Of a stretch of DNA of 64,000 nt, positions 39,165 to 49,253 are shown one piece after another (within the stretch, counting starts at the first letter, position 1; every line of letters starts with the position of its first letter). The position numbers were made by a program, and so were the translations under genes. Origin of the DNA: Candidatus Dojkabacteria bacterium (GTDB taxonomy: Bacteria > Patescibacteriota > Dojkabacteria > SC72 > JAFGCJ01). The DNA is taken from the NCBI GenBank assembly GCA_016932785.1, contig JAFGCJ010000002.1:145777-209776 (forward strand), given 5' to 3'. The notes below the pieces were generated by a model that was given only the letters and a program-made list of their open reading frames with translations, made no database searches and had not been told where the DNA came from.

Positions 39165-40898
39165 TTAATGTATAGCGGACTTCTTATCTTTGAGAAAATT
39201 TCTCCAATCTTCAATCAATCCGACAATAGTCATTATCGGATAGTCTACAACTACAGTGAAAAACACACTAAAAATATTGTATTCTTTCCACTTCGATGCG
39301 AGCCATTGCCCAAGCTTGGCAAGAGGAATAGAGAATATATCGATCAGGAAATCTGCCGCCCCTGCGTTCTCTTCAATGGTAACTTCTTTCGCCTTCTGTC
39401 TTATAACCAATGCCGCAAATACGATTATCGCTATGTTTGCTGTGTCCACATATAGAGATGTCCATGGAACCTTTGCAATATAGAACAAATAAAAAACAAG
39501 ACCAAACGAAACAACCGTCACGATAAAATAGGAAAACCCGAACAGCAGATTTATAAATGTCTTGCCTTTCTTATTAAACTGGACCTCATAAGTATCCAGA
39601 TCATCGGTTACATATATTATTTTCCTGATTTCCTCCAGAACACGTTCAAAGTTATCTTTCCTTGTAGGTCTAATTGTTATAACAAGTAAAAACATCAGGA
39701 CTGTAGGAATCATTATGTCAACGACAACAGCAATCGGGCTGAAATGCCCGTAGAACAGTGCTGCAAGCGGAACCTCAAACACAAACAAGCTCAAACCTCC
39801 AGCCAAAAATATCGAAAGAGTAGAATAAATTGCAGACCGGGTCAGTCTTGATTTAAGAGTCGAAAGCCTCTCATCATAGGCTTTTCTTATAACATCCCTC
39901 AACCTTTCCCAATCAGAACAAACATCCTCAAAATGAAGTTTCTCACTAGAAATATAGCTGAGAGCATCTCCCAATACCAGATACGCAGCATCGTATTTCT
40001 CACAAACTTTATAGAACTCTGCCCCTCTCTTATCAGAAAGATAATCTTCAATTTCCTTCCAGACACCGACAGAATTCGCCGCTATTTCTCTAATTAGCGA
40101 GTTGGGGTCACTTATCCACTTCGGATATTTGTACTTCAAAATGTTATAGCTGATTATCGGATCATCTAAATTATAAAGAGTTCTTTGAACGGCAATATAT
40201 GTAAGGATCACTCTGTCTTCTGCCGAAACGTAGTTGTCAGGGAGGAGCTTGAGTCTTTTGTTTATCATGTTAGTCATAAAATTCATCATCCCGTTCTCTT
40301 TCAACGGCGGACTCAATATCTCCTCTATCTCACAGGCGGCCACTTCAAGAATCCAGTTATAGAAATTTACCCTGGTTTTTACCGCCAACGGCCCGACATT
40401 ATTATTATTCAGAATATAAATATACTTATTCAGGGCAGCAGTTACATGTGCAATCTTAGTCTTTGGAATCTTGTCGTTAGGCAAATGACCTCCTCTAATA
40501 ATTTCCATTACCAAAGGTTCAGCAAGATTCTCACCAGTTGCACCAGGCAGAACATCAATACCAGAAATCTTAGAGATCATACTTCTTTTAAGAGAACGCT
40601 CTATTGCCATCCTACGGATAAGATGCTCATCTTTCCAATCGATGATCTGCCGGATTTTCTCGTATACAACAGCTACACGAGAGGCAAGCTCATCAACATG
40701 AATTGGAGAGACAGTATCTTTACTTTCGAATTCTCTTACACGGTTATAATAACCGAGAAGTTCAGAAAATTCTGGAACAAGATTTACATCTCTCTTAACA
40801 GTGCTTAATTGCTCACTTTCCTCTTCATTTTTTTCTAAGGATACATCACCGTCCATAACGCGAATTATACCAAGATGATAAGGTAAGGTGTAAATCAA
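39165..40898 (-). CDS. Large membrane protein of unknown function
   Basis: 577 aa. A soluble N-terminal region of about 340 aa is followed by at least 4 hydrophobic helices (IYSTLSIFLAGGLSLFVF, AVVVDIMIPTVLMFLLVITI, LLFGFSYFIVTVVSFGLVFYLFYI, IAIIVFAALVI). It is co-directional with LemA and DUF2207. The start may be the internal M at 40856. Confidence 0.6.
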   Translation of the reverse strand: MIYTLPYHLGIIRVMDGDVSLEKNEEESEQLSTVKRDVNLVPEFSELLGYYNRVREFESKDTVSPIHVDELASRVAVVYEKIRQIIDWKDEHLIRRMAIERSLKRSMISKISGIDVLPGATGENLAEPLVMEIIRGGHLPNDKIPKTKIAHVTAALNKYIYILNNNNVGPLAVKTRVNFYNWILEVAACEIEEILSPPLKENGMMNFMTNMINKRLKLLPDNYVSAEDRVILTYIAVQRTLYNLDDPIISYNILKYKYPKWISDPNSLIREIAANSVGVWKEIEDYLSDKRGAEFYKVCEKYDAAYLVLGDALSYISSEKLHFEDVCSDWERLRDVIRKAYDERLSTLKSRLTRSAIYSTLSIFLAGGLSLFVFEVPLAALFYGHFSPIAVVVDIMIPTVLMFLLVITIRPTRKDNFERVLEEIRKIIYVTDDLDTYEVQFNKKGKTFINLLFGFSYFIVTVVSFGLVFYLFYIAKVPWTSLYVDTANIAIIVFAALVIRQKAKEVTIEENAGAADFLIDIFSIPLAKLGQWLASKWKEYNIFSVFFTVVVDYPIMTIVGLIEDWRNFLKDKKSAIH

Positions 40899-40926
40899 AA
40901 ATTAGGTGCTAAAAATGCTCATCGGA

Positions 40927-42966
40927 CTAACTCATTCCGCCGCCACCACCGCCACCACCGCCGCCACTAAAACCTCCGCTAAATCCTCCACCACCACTCC
41001 ATCCGCCTCCACTTGAGGAACCTGAAGAGCTAGGAGTTGATGCCATTACTCCACTAACTGACCTATTCATTCTGGTAATAGACTGAGTGAACAAAGTAGG
41101 ACTAAACGAGCCACTGCCATAACCTTCGTACCATTCCGGTGGTTCATCATAGATGTCCTTGAAATTCATGGCCCATTCATTTTCCACACCGAAAACCATA
41201 GCATATGGGAGATATCGCTCAAAAGTCTGAGGTGTAAGCTTCTGCACACGAAATCTTTCAGCCGTGTGAAGATACATACGAAATCCTTTACATTTTTCAT
41301 AAAGTTCCGTCCCCTTCTTTGTTTTAGATGGCATAAAAAAGCTCAGAACTATCTTCAATACTCCGGACAAAGCAATCATCGGACCACACGTGAAAACGCT
41401 AAATATGGACAATCCGGTCAAAAGAATTCCTCCGAAAAGCATAGCAAACCCAATTCCCAAGTGTTTTCCTCTGACTTTGTCAGGACGTTTCTCGAAATAG
41501 TCGCGTTTTTGCATTTCTTCATAAATCGCATTCCTTATGCCAGGAAGTTTTTTATAGAACTTATTCTTCAGGTCCTTCGTTTTAATACGCTCCTTTTGAC
41601 CGAAAATATCGTTTAAAATACGAACTTCCATATTACCGAGAACTTTGTAGTTAATCTTGTTCCCCTTTTTGGATACACCACTTTCAAAATCCTTCAGTTT
41701 GATAAGCTCATACTCCTTCTTTTTGTATTCCTTAATCTTAATAAAACCCCTAACCGCAGCATTTATTATTGTTGACGTTATGTCTACTAGATGAACACGT
41801 TCATCTTTTATAGAACCAACAACAACAGGAGAGATACCTCCTGGAGGATGAAACCACGGCACAACAGTACTCCCTCTTCCAATATCTCTGCCCTTCTTAA
41901 GGTAATTACTGACAACAAAATACAGAAGTACCAAACCTCCTATACAGGACAAAGCATTTATGCTTACGAGACCAGCAATCATCAATTTCCGTGCATCAGT
42001 CATCTCAAGTTCGACAGCGAGGTCCTTAGTCTCTCCAGGCTCAAAATCAAGAAGCATCTCCTCAGAATGATATCCAGATGCCTCAAACCTCACTCGCCTT
42101 TCACCAGGAATAATTCCGTCAATCACATCATTCCTCAAATACATCTGAACATTATCAACATATATTTCCTGGTTTTTGGGTTTTAGATCAAGTCTCATTC
42201 CCGAATATTCATGAACAACACCTTTTGGGAACTTGACCAGAGCTGTAAAGTCCGAATATGCAGGGATAAAATTTGTGTCCAAAGTCAAAGTATGACTATA
42301 CTGATCATACGCCCAGTTATAGCTTCCAAAGTTCCCGTAGACAACAACATCCTCATCATCGATATCCACATCTTTAGGAAAGATTATTCGAGCCTCCGGA
42401 TTTTCTATACGATAATCTCTATCCCAGTAAAAAATATTCCAATAGAAAAGATCATAGGTGTCAAAATACCCGATTCCACCGAAAACCCTATACTTTATTG
42501 TCCAAGATAGTGTCTCATCATTGAACTTCCTCCCATTAGGTGCATATTCCCACAAAATCTTCATCCGCTCTTCACTGTTCTCATATACAGTACTAATCTC
42601 ATATTCATCCTCGCTAAGTTGCCTACCATGTTCATCAAGAACCTCCAATATCTCTATAGTTGAAAACCCTCCGCACTGGAGACTAGGATCAGCCTTACAC
42701 TTCTCATAATTTTCATCGTCAGTCAGGGTTATACTCCTCCAAACTCGATGGTACTCCCCCGTTGCTCTATAGGTGATTTTCTCAGTAACGTCAAAAGAGG
42801 AGTCCTCATTTATTTCAACCTCAACATCGTACCCATCGATATATAGTGAGTCCTGAGCCTGTACCGGCAAAGGGGGTCTCGCCAAAAGAAAAATGTAGGA
42901 GCTAATAACAAGCCCAGTCCCACACAGGAATCTTTTCAATATACTTCTTATATTGATATCACTCAT
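40927..42966 (-). CDS. DUF2207-like membrane protein with Gly-rich C-terminus
   Basis: 679 aa. It has an N-terminal signal/TM segment, an extracytoplasmic beta-rich domain and central TM helices. The tail reads SSGGGWSGGGGFSGGFSGGGGGGGGGG. It lies immediately downstream of lemA, the usual pairing. Confidence 0.7.
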   Translation of the reverse strand: MSDINIRSILKRFLCGTGLVISSYIFLLARPPLPVQAQDSLYIDGYDVEVEINEDSSFDVTEKITYRATGEYHRVWRSITLTDDENYEKCKADPSLQCGGFSTIEILEVLDEHGRQLSEDEYEISTVYENSEERMKILWEYAPNGRKFNDETLSWTIKYRVFGGIGYFDTYDLFYWNIFYWDRDYRIENPEARIIFPKDVDIDDEDVVVYGNFGSYNWAYDQYSHTLTLDTNFIPAYSDFTALVKFPKGVVHEYSGMRLDLKPKNQEIYVDNVQMYLRNDVIDGIIPGERRVRFEASGYHSEEMLLDFEPGETKDLAVELEMTDARKLMIAGLVSINALSCIGGLVLLYFVVSNYLKKGRDIGRGSTVVPWFHPPGGISPVVVGSIKDERVHLVDITSTIINAAVRGFIKIKEYKKKEYELIKLKDFESGVSKKGNKINYKVLGNMEVRILNDIFGQKERIKTKDLKNKFYKKLPGIRNAIYEEMQKRDYFEKRPDKVRGKHLGIGFAMLFGGILLTGLSIFSVFTCGPMIALSGVLKIVLSFFMPSKTKKGTELYEKCKGFRMYLHTAERFRVQKLTPQTFERYLPYAMVFGVENEWAMNFKDIYDEPPEWYEGYGSGSFSPTLFTQSITRMNRSVSGVMASTPSSSGSSSGGGWSGGGGFSGGFSGGGGGGGGGGMS

Positions 42967-42980
42967 TTCTAATGTCTCAA

Positions 42981-43553
42981 CTACTCAGACTTTTCCGAGA
43001 AATCTACTTTTACATTTTCCCTCTCACCACTTGCAGCTTCAAAGAATTCTCTTGTCTTGAAATTCATTATTGAAGCGACAAGACTTGCAGGAAAGACCAT
43101 TATCTTGGTATTGAAGTCCCGAACTGCTCCGTTGTAATACCGGCGTGCCCCTTGAACTTCGTCTTCAATAGCGCTCAACTCATCCTGGAGTTTATTAAAA
43201 CTGGAATCAGCTTTAAGTTCAGGATAGTTCTCGGCAACAGCAAAGACCGTTTTCAATGTCGCCGCAAGCTCTGTCTCAGCTTTACCTTTACTATCAGGCC
43301 CTTCTGCTTGCATTGCTGAAGTTCTGAGCTGAGCAACTTTCTCAAACAATCCTTTCTCGTGTTTCGCATATCCCTTCACCGTTTCAACAAGATTAGGAAT
43401 AAGGTCATACCTACGCTTAAGTTGTACATCAATACCACTCCATGCCTCATCAACTAATATCTTCAGTTTTGTAAGGCTGTTATAAAGAGAAACAGCATAA
43501 ACGGCAACCGCGGCAATAACTACCAGAGGAATACACAGTAAGACCCAAATCAT
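42981..43553 (-). CDS. LemA family protein
   Basis: 190 aa with an N-terminal TM segment. The LemA core is YNSLTKLKILVDEAWSGIDVQLKRRYDLIPNLVETVKGYAKHE ... RRYYNGAVRDFN. Confidence 0.85.
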   Translation of the reverse strand: MIWVLLCIPLVVIAAVAVYAVSLYNSLTKLKILVDEAWSGIDVQLKRRYDLIPNLVETVKGYAKHEKGLFEKVAQLRTSAMQAEGPDSKGKAETELAATLKTVFAVAENYPELKADSSFNKLQDELSAIEDEVQGARRYYNGAVRDFNTKIMVFPASLVASIMNFKTREFFEAASGERENVKVDFSEKSE

Positions 43554-43658
43554 GAAAGTAGGGGAATTTAAAATTTATATATTTTAACTATATTTTTTTA
43601 GTGATGTCTTGTCAACAACAATTTTCCTTTCTGCGCCCTTTAGGGTAAGATTTCTGCA

Positions 43659-44447
43659 GTGAAAAAATACTTTGAAATACTAAAAATAAAAATCAATTCC
43701 ACAATAACCGAAAAGGAGATCATTCTAATATGGTCGTTCTCCAGTTTCATAATACTATTAGGAAGCATAGCCTTCTGGACATCAAGCGGGACTACTCAAA
43801 TCGGCAGCTACACAAACAGGTCAATACCCGCCTATCATATCTATATCTTTGCTGTTAGAGAGATTGTCCAGTGGCTGGTTTTCTGGGAAATCTATGGAGA
43901 CATTCGGGATGGACGGATTTCAAACGTCCTTTTGAAGCCAATAAGCTATCTTCGAATGAAGATCCTCGGGGAACTTGGTTACCACGTTGTCTCAGCTGTA
44001 ATAAGTTCCATCGTTATAACCGCTCTCGTGTTACTTACTTACAGATCTCTTGATTTTGATGTAAGTACATCCAGCCTTCTACTCTCAGTGGTGGCCTTTC
44101 CCATTTCAATTGCAGTGACATTTCTCCTAAACTTCATTATCGGATGCGCAACTTTCTTCTGGACAGAATCATATTTTCTCGAACAACTCTACTGGATAAT
44201 TACAGCTACGTTCGGCGGTGCATATGTTCCCATAGCTCTGTATCCAGATAAAATAGCTACAATTCTTGGTTTTTCGCCATTTAGATACACATATTCGTTC
44301 CCCGCAGAAATAGCATTCAGAAAGCTCGACAACGCTGGCCTAGTTTTGGGAATGACATTGGGAATCATCTGGGTGATAGTACTATATTTTCTAGCTAAAC
44401 TGATTTGGAAGGCAGGTCTGAAGAAATACTCGGCCTTCGGAACATGA
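43659..44447 (+). CDS. ABC-2-type (DUF990-like) transporter permease
   Basis: 262 aa with a GTG start and about 6 TM segments. Its length and N-terminal pattern resemble the paired ABC-2 family permeases. Confidence 0.55.
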   Translation: MKKYFEILKIKINSTITEKEIILIWSFSSFIILLGSIAFWTSSGTTQIGSYTNRSIPAYHIYIFAVREIVQWLVFWEIYGDIRDGRISNVLLKPISYLRMKILGELGYHVVSAVISSIVITALVLLTYRSLDFDVSTSSLLLSVVAFPISIAVTFLLNFIIGCATFFWTESYFLEQLYWIITATFGGAYVPIALYPDKIATILGFSPFRYTYSFPAEIAFRKLDNAGLVLGMTLGIIWVIVLYFLAKLIWKAGLKKYSAFGT

Positions 44448-45229
44448 AAAGATACCTTAGACTCTACAGAGAAATAATAATCTTCTGCCTAAAGAGGGAA
44501 ATAGAGTTCAGGTTGAACTTTTTGCTTAACGTTTTTGCCTTTTCTCTATGGACAATTAGTGGATATGTTGTAACTCTTGTTGCTTATGGATACTCAGGAT
44601 CTTTCGCCGGATGGGATGAAAAGCAAATGCTGCTATTTATAACAATCTTTAACTTGGCAAACAGTCTTCTAAAATTTTCTTTATACAATAATTTGACACA
44701 TTTTTCGGAAAAAATGAGGTCAGGTGATTTCGATGCAATCCTGCTTAAACCAGTATCAGCAAGGTTCACAATTTCCGCTTCACGAGTTAGATTTGAGCAG
44801 ATCCCTAGAACAATCGTTTTTGTTGTTTTAATAATAGTATTTGGACTTCAAGCCAATCCGCATATGAATTTCTTCAATATTTTCTTTGGATTTCTTACGA
44901 TCATAATAGGAATATTCGCAATGTACAATTTTCTGTTTATAATCGCCTGCTACGCCCTATGGAAACCCAGAGTTTGGAATACTTTTTCCATAATTGAATC
45001 GGTAGAAGAGCTTTCAGACAAACCAAGAAATATGTATAAAGGAATAATGTTCTATATTGTCACAATACTTCCTCTAGCCGCTTTTTCGACAATTCCGGCA
45101 AAATTCTTCCTGGGAGAAGGTTCAGTACCACTGTTTATTGAAAGTTTAGGACTGATGCTGGTTTTCTTTTACCTCTCAAATATTGTCTGGAAGGCAGGAC
45201 TGAAGCACTACGAAAGCGCTTCATCATAG
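44444..45229 (+). CDS. ABC-2-type (DUF990-like) transporter permease, second subunit
   Basis: The start at MKRYLRLYREIIIFCLKREIEFRLNFLLN forms an ATGA overlap with the upstream stop. The protein has about 6 TM segments. Confidence 0.55.
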   Translation: MKRYLRLYREIIIFCLKREIEFRLNFLLNVFAFSLWTISGYVVTLVAYGYSGSFAGWDEKQMLLFITIFNLANSLLKFSLYNNLTHFSEKMRSGDFDAILLKPVSARFTISASRVRFEQIPRTIVFVVLIIVFGLQANPHMNFFNIFFGFLTIIIGIFAMYNFLFIIACYALWKPRVWNTFSIIESVEELSDKPRNMYKGIMFYIVTILPLAAFSTIPAKFFLGEGSVPLFIESLGLMLVFFYLSNIVWKAGLKHYESASS

Positions 45230-45301
45230 TCTGATAAGCTGATTCCTTTTTCCAGTAATTTCCACGAAAAATCCACAATTTTCATATATAATTGAGTAAC
45301 A

Positions 45302-45964
45302 ATGAAAATATTACTGGTAGAAGACAGCAAAGAACTACTCGAAGCTATGGCGCAGGCACTAATTGACGAGGGCTACACGGTAGATCAGGCCCAGGATGGT
45401 AATAAAGGCTATGAGTACGCAATGGTTAACGGATACGACATACTCATCCTCGATCTAAATCTCCCAAATAAATCCGGATATGAAATCGCAAAAGCATTCA
45501 GAAAAGACAATTCTACAACTCCAATTATGGCTGTAACAGCAAGAGATGCTTTACCAGACAAATTAAAAGGCTTTGATCTTGGATTTGATGATTACCTCAC
45601 AAAGCCATTTGAAATACCTGAGCTTATGGCCCGAGTTCGTGCCCTGATAAGGAGATCCAAACCGAACAAAAAGAAAGTAATTGAGACACACAATTTGAAA
45701 ATAGACTCACAAAGCAGAAAAGTGATGGAAGGAAAGAAAGAGATAGATCTTACCAAGACAGAATTTAACATTCTAGAATATTTAGTAAGACATCAAGGCC
45801 TTGTAGTGGAAAACGGTAAACTTATTGAAGCTATTTGGGGTGAAGATGCTGACCTTCTAGACCCTCCTGTTAGATCCCATGTGAAGAACCTTCGTAAAAA
45901 AATTGGAGATGATAATATGACAATAATAAAAACCGTTCCCGGGGTTGGTTACATTATTGAGTAG
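45302..45964 (+). CDS. OmpR-family response regulator
   Basis: 220 aa. The receiver domain is present (ILLVEDS, ILILDLNLP, KPF). A winged-helix output domain follows (TKTEFNILEYLVRHQG, VPGVGYIIE). Confidence 0.9.
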   Translation: MKILLVEDSKELLEAMAQALIDEGYTVDQAQDGNKGYEYAMVNGYDILILDLNLPNKSGYEIAKAFRKDNSTTPIMAVTARDALPDKLKGFDLGFDDYLTKPFEIPELMARVRALIRRSKPNKKKVIETHNLKIDSQSRKVMEGKKEIDLTKTEFNILEYLVRHQGLVVENGKLIEAIWGEDADLLDPPVRSHVKNLRKKIGDDNMTIIKTVPGVGYIIE

Positions 45965-45968
45965 AAAT

Positions 45969-47120
45969 ATGTTCAGAACTTTAAAGATAAAATTCACAAT
46001 AGCATTTTCAGCGACCCTCACGGTCGCAATTCTAATCTTGGCTAACCTACTTTATATTTTCGGCGTTGTACAACCTGCACCCGAGCTTACACTGGACGAA
46101 CTGCAAGACATAACTACGCACAGGCCGCAGATACATAAATACCTCGAAGATAACCCTGAGATCGAGAATCTTGTAGAAATCGGCTCAATTGTAAGAGAGA
46201 AGCAACGGCAAAGATATACTGTTACACTCATAGTTATAACTGTACCCGCTATAGTCCTCTCTACTGTGGCAGCATACGCTCTCGCATCCTATCTCGTAAA
46301 ACCAATAGAAGATCTTGCATCTATCCTCTCAAGCCTCAATACTTGGGATGTCTCCAAGAGAGTACCTGAACAAAAAAGTTCAGAAGAAATCGAAGCATTG
46401 ATTACTTCATTTAATAATCTTCTCGAAGAACTCGAAAAGTCATTTCGGACACAAGAAAACTTCATACAAGATGCAGCACACGAGTTAAGAACCCCCATCG
46501 CGGCAACGAAGGCCACCCTACAGGTATTTAAGAATAAGAAAGACCCCACAAAAGATGAATATAAGCAGTTGGTTGAAACCGTCGAAAGCCTGAACTCTCA
46601 ACTGGTAAGACTGAATGAAGCCTTGCTATTTTTGAATAGAAAAGGACCTGATAGAGGCAAGTTCATTAAAATTAATATTAATGAACTCCTAGAAGAGGTT
46701 CTTGAGAGCCTGTCTTCAATATCGAAAACAGAGAACGTTTCCATTCAGTTTAATCCAAAAGGTAAGAAAAAGGTCAATGCCAACCCCGAAAAGCTTGCCC
46801 GCGCACTACAAAATATAGTTGAAAACGCAATCAAATACTCCAAAAAAGATAAAGGAAAAGTTACAATAACAACCGCTGATAAAGACAAGTCTATAGAAAT
46901 CACAATCAAGGACAACGGAATTGGAATACCAAAGAAAGACCTTCCAAATATATTTGACAGATTTTATCGCGGCGCAAATGTCCATGACAGATCAGCCGAC
47001 GGCAGCGGTCTCGGACTCTCAATTGTAAAGAAGATCGTGGAAGATCACTCAGGAGAAATCAGCGTATCAAGCAGAAAAAACAGAGGCACCACCTTCAAAA
47101 TATCCCTTCCCAAAGTCTAA
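45969..47120 (+). CDS. Sensor histidine kinase
   Basis: It has two TM segments and a HAMP-like linker. Kinase motifs are the H-box AAHELRTPI, N-box NIVENAIKYS, G1 DNGIGIP and G2 GSGLGLSIV. I prefer the ATG at 45969, 5 nt after the response regulator stop, to the track start at 45945. Confidence 0.85.
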   Translation: MFRTLKIKFTIAFSATLTVAILILANLLYIFGVVQPAPELTLDELQDITTHRPQIHKYLEDNPEIENLVEIGSIVREKQRQRYTVTLIVITVPAIVLSTVAAYALASYLVKPIEDLASILSSLNTWDVSKRVPEQKSSEEIEALITSFNNLLEELEKSFRTQENFIQDAAHELRTPIAATKATLQVFKNKKDPTKDEYKQLVETVESLNSQLVRLNEALLFLNRKGPDRGKFIKININELLEEVLESLSSISKTENVSIQFNPKGKKKVNANPEKLARALQNIVENAIKYSKKDKGKVTITTADKDKSIEITIKDNGIGIPKKDLPNIFDRFYRGANVHDRSADGSGLGLSIVKKIVEDHSGEISVSSRKNRGTTFKISLPKV

Positions 47121-47252
47121 ATTCCATTTCACACAAAATCCACATATCAGAGCGTAAACTGGTTTTAATTTAAATTCTAAACTAGTTTAATATGATATAG
47201 ATTGCCTCATATTCATTCTGACCTAGTTTTATCTTAATTAAGTTAAATTCCA

Positions 47253-47891
47253 ATGAAGAAAACACATAAAACCATAATTGTAGCAGTTGCAGCCGTAGGA
47301 ACACTTATAGGTGGAGCTCTTTTGGCCGGAAAGGCACTTGCTCAAATGGAGGAGTCAAATACTATTCTCTCTCGTGCGGCAGAAATTCTCGGGATGGATG
47401 AAGACAAGATCACCTCCGCTTTCACCACCGCTAGAAACGAGCGCATTGACCAGATGCTGGAGGATGGTGAGATTACTGAAGAACAGGCGGATAGGATGAA
47501 GGAGAACGACTTCATGTTCGGGATGGGAGGACACAGAGGTCCAGGTGGTCCAATGGGCCTAGGAAGAATAGAGGATCTTGCTGAATACCTCGCTATGGAT
47601 AGAGCAGATCTGATCGAACAGTGGAAAGATGCTGATAACCTTGCCACCGTAATAGAAGCCAAAGGAAAATCTGTTGATAATGTGAAGCAGTATCTTCTCG
47701 AAAAACTTGGAGAGCATCTCGATGAAATGGTGGCTGATGAAAAAATCACCGAAGACCAGGCCGCCGAAAGATTGGAAAACGCTGAAGAACACCTTGACGA
47801 ATTCTTAAATGACATGTCGGCTCCACCCAAAGGCCATCCTGGAAACGGCGGATTCGGACTAAACAACAAACTGGAAGAAGAGTCTGAATAA
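47253..47891 (+). CDS. Secreted acidic helical protein with two xTExQA motifs
   Basis: 212 aa with a signal peptide (KTIIVAVAAVGTLIGGALLAGKALA). It has repeated GEITEEQADRMKEN / EKITEDQAAERLEN motifs and a Gly/Pro linker. It lies directly downstream of the two-component system. Confidence 0.6.
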   Translation: MKKTHKTIIVAVAAVGTLIGGALLAGKALAQMEESNTILSRAAEILGMDEDKITSAFTTARNERIDQMLEDGEITEEQADRMKENDFMFGMGGHRGPGGPMGLGRIEDLAEYLAMDRADLIEQWKDADNLATVIEAKGKSVDNVKQYLLEKLGEHLDEMVADEKITEDQAAERLENAEEHLDEFLNDMSAPPKGHPGNGGFGLNNKLEEESE

Positions 47892-47913
47892 AACACATAC
47901 AAGGATAGGTCAG

Positions 47914-47945
47914 AGAGCCAGGTCTTGTACCTGGCTCTTTTTTTT
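47914..47945 (+). terminator. Rho-independent terminator
   Basis: A perfect 10-bp stem agagccaggt/acctggctct (47914-47923 / 47929-47938) has the 5-nt loop cttgt. The T-run begins inside the last stem base and extends to 47945. It starts 23 nt after the stop at 47891. Confidence 0.75.
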
Positions 47946-47959
47946 ACAGAAAACCTACG

Positions 47960-48481
47960 TTACTTATCCCTTTTGCTCTCATCTTCAGCACTATCATACT
48001 TCCCCTCCCACTCGTCTACCTTCTCCCCTTTGATTTTCTTATCAACCATTTCTATTTCCTCAGAGAGACCCGGCACAAATTCATAGTCGCCAATCTGATA
48101 CCCCTCAATCCATGCGAATTCGGTCAACTCATCAGCAAGAGTTACATCACCTGATTCATAATCACAATAAAAACTAAGTATCAAAGTGGGGATACCATCT
48201 GAGCGGATATAAGCAAGACTCAAGAGATACCTAATATTCTTCACTTCAATACCAGTTTCCTCTCTAATCTCACGTTTAAGCTGTTCTTCTAGAACATTGT
48301 ACCAGCTATCTCCAGTATCTTTGTCCCGAGAAGTATAATCTGAACTTCGAAGCTTACCACCGGGGACAGTCCAGAGACCAGGAAATGCGGCCTCGCTCTC
48401 ACTACGCTTTGTTATCAAGTATTTACCATCTTTAATAATAATTCCTGTAGTTACTACATAGTGAGATTTATCATCTTGCAT
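47960..48481 (-). CDS. NUDIX hydrolase
   Basis: The Nudix box is ...LKREIREETGIEV. The start chosen is MQDDKSHYVVTTGIII (ATG at 48481). The track ORF extends to 48505. Confidence 0.8.
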   Translation of the reverse strand: MQDDKSHYVVTTGIIIKDGKYLITKRSESEAAFPGLWTVPGGKLRSSDYTSRDKDTGDSWYNVLEEQLKREIREETGIEVKNIRYLLSLAYIRSDGIPTLILSFYCDYESGDVTLADELTEFAWIEGYQIGDYEFVPGLSEEIEMVDKKIKGEKVDEWEGKYDSAEDESKRDK

Positions 48482-48584
48482 GATATAGATAATACACCTG
48501 AGCAAACCTTAAAATCCAGAGTACAACCAAAAAAAAAGAAACACCCCTGAAAAACGACCAAAAATGTAGTAAAATAAATGCTAC

Positions 48585-49253
48585 ATGACAAAGTTACCTC
48601 GTGAATTCTACATCAGAGATACTGTAACTGTCGCAAAAGAACTTCTCGGAAAGTCACTGACTAGAGCCACAAAAGAAGGCATAACAACAGGAATAATTGT
48701 CGAGACTGAGGCATACAAAGGCAAGGATGACCCCGCCAGCCATTTCTATAGCAACAAGATTACTGACAAAACCAAAATCGGCTACGAGCAAGGCGGATTA
48801 GCCTATGTCTACAGTATTTATGGCGTGTACTACTGCCTAGGCATTGTTACCGAAAAGAAGTTCGAGCCAGGTGCAGTTCTTGTCCGAGCGGTTGAACCCA
48901 AGGCTGGAATACAGCTAATGGCAGAAAGAAGAGGATTCCCTCCAATGGAACCAAATCTAGAGAAAAAAGTCTGCAGTGGCCCTTCCAAGTTGTGTCAGGC
49001 ATTTGCAATTGACAAATCTCTTTACGGGGAGAATCTAACGGGTGATTCGCTATGGGTAAGTGAAGGAAAATTGGAACCTACTGATTCGGAAATAGCTTCA
49101 AGCATAAGAGTAGGAATTGATTACACCAAAAAAGGATCGGAATATAAGTGGCGATTCTTTATGAAAGACAACCCATTTATTTCTGTAAGCAAGGTAACCG
49201 AAAAACCGGCCAGGAAAGAGGAACGCTCAATATTTCACCAATCACAGGATTAA
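48585..49253 (+). CDS. DNA-3-methyladenine glycosylase (AAG/Mpg family)
   Basis: 222 aa. The sequence FYIRDTVTVAKELLGKSL ... GIIVETEAYKGKDDPASHFY ... VRAVEP is the typical AAG-family pattern. Confidence 0.85.
   Translation: MTKLPREFYIRDTVTVAKELLGKSLTRATKEGITTGIIVETEAYKGKDDPASHFYSNKITDKTKIGYEQGGLAYVYSIYGVYYCLGIVTEKKFEPGAVLVRAVEPKAGIQLMAERRGFPPMEPNLEKKVCSGPSKLCQAFAIDKSLYGENLTGDSLWVSEGKLEPTDSEIASSIRVGIDYTKKGSEYKWRFFMKDNPFISVSKVTEKPARKEERSIFHQSQD

Noticed and set aside
40930-41030. A repetitive GCC/ACC-rich DNA tract that looks like a tandem repeat.
   Set aside because: It is the in-frame coding sequence of the Gly-rich C-terminal tail of the DUF2207-like protein, not a non-coding repeat.
47342-47902. 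A 186-aa minus-strand ORF rich in Ser.
   Set aside because: It lies antisense to the secreted acidic protein gene (GAA/GAT-rich sense codons give a stop-free Ser/Phe-rich antisense frame). The sense ORF has a signal peptide and a terminator.
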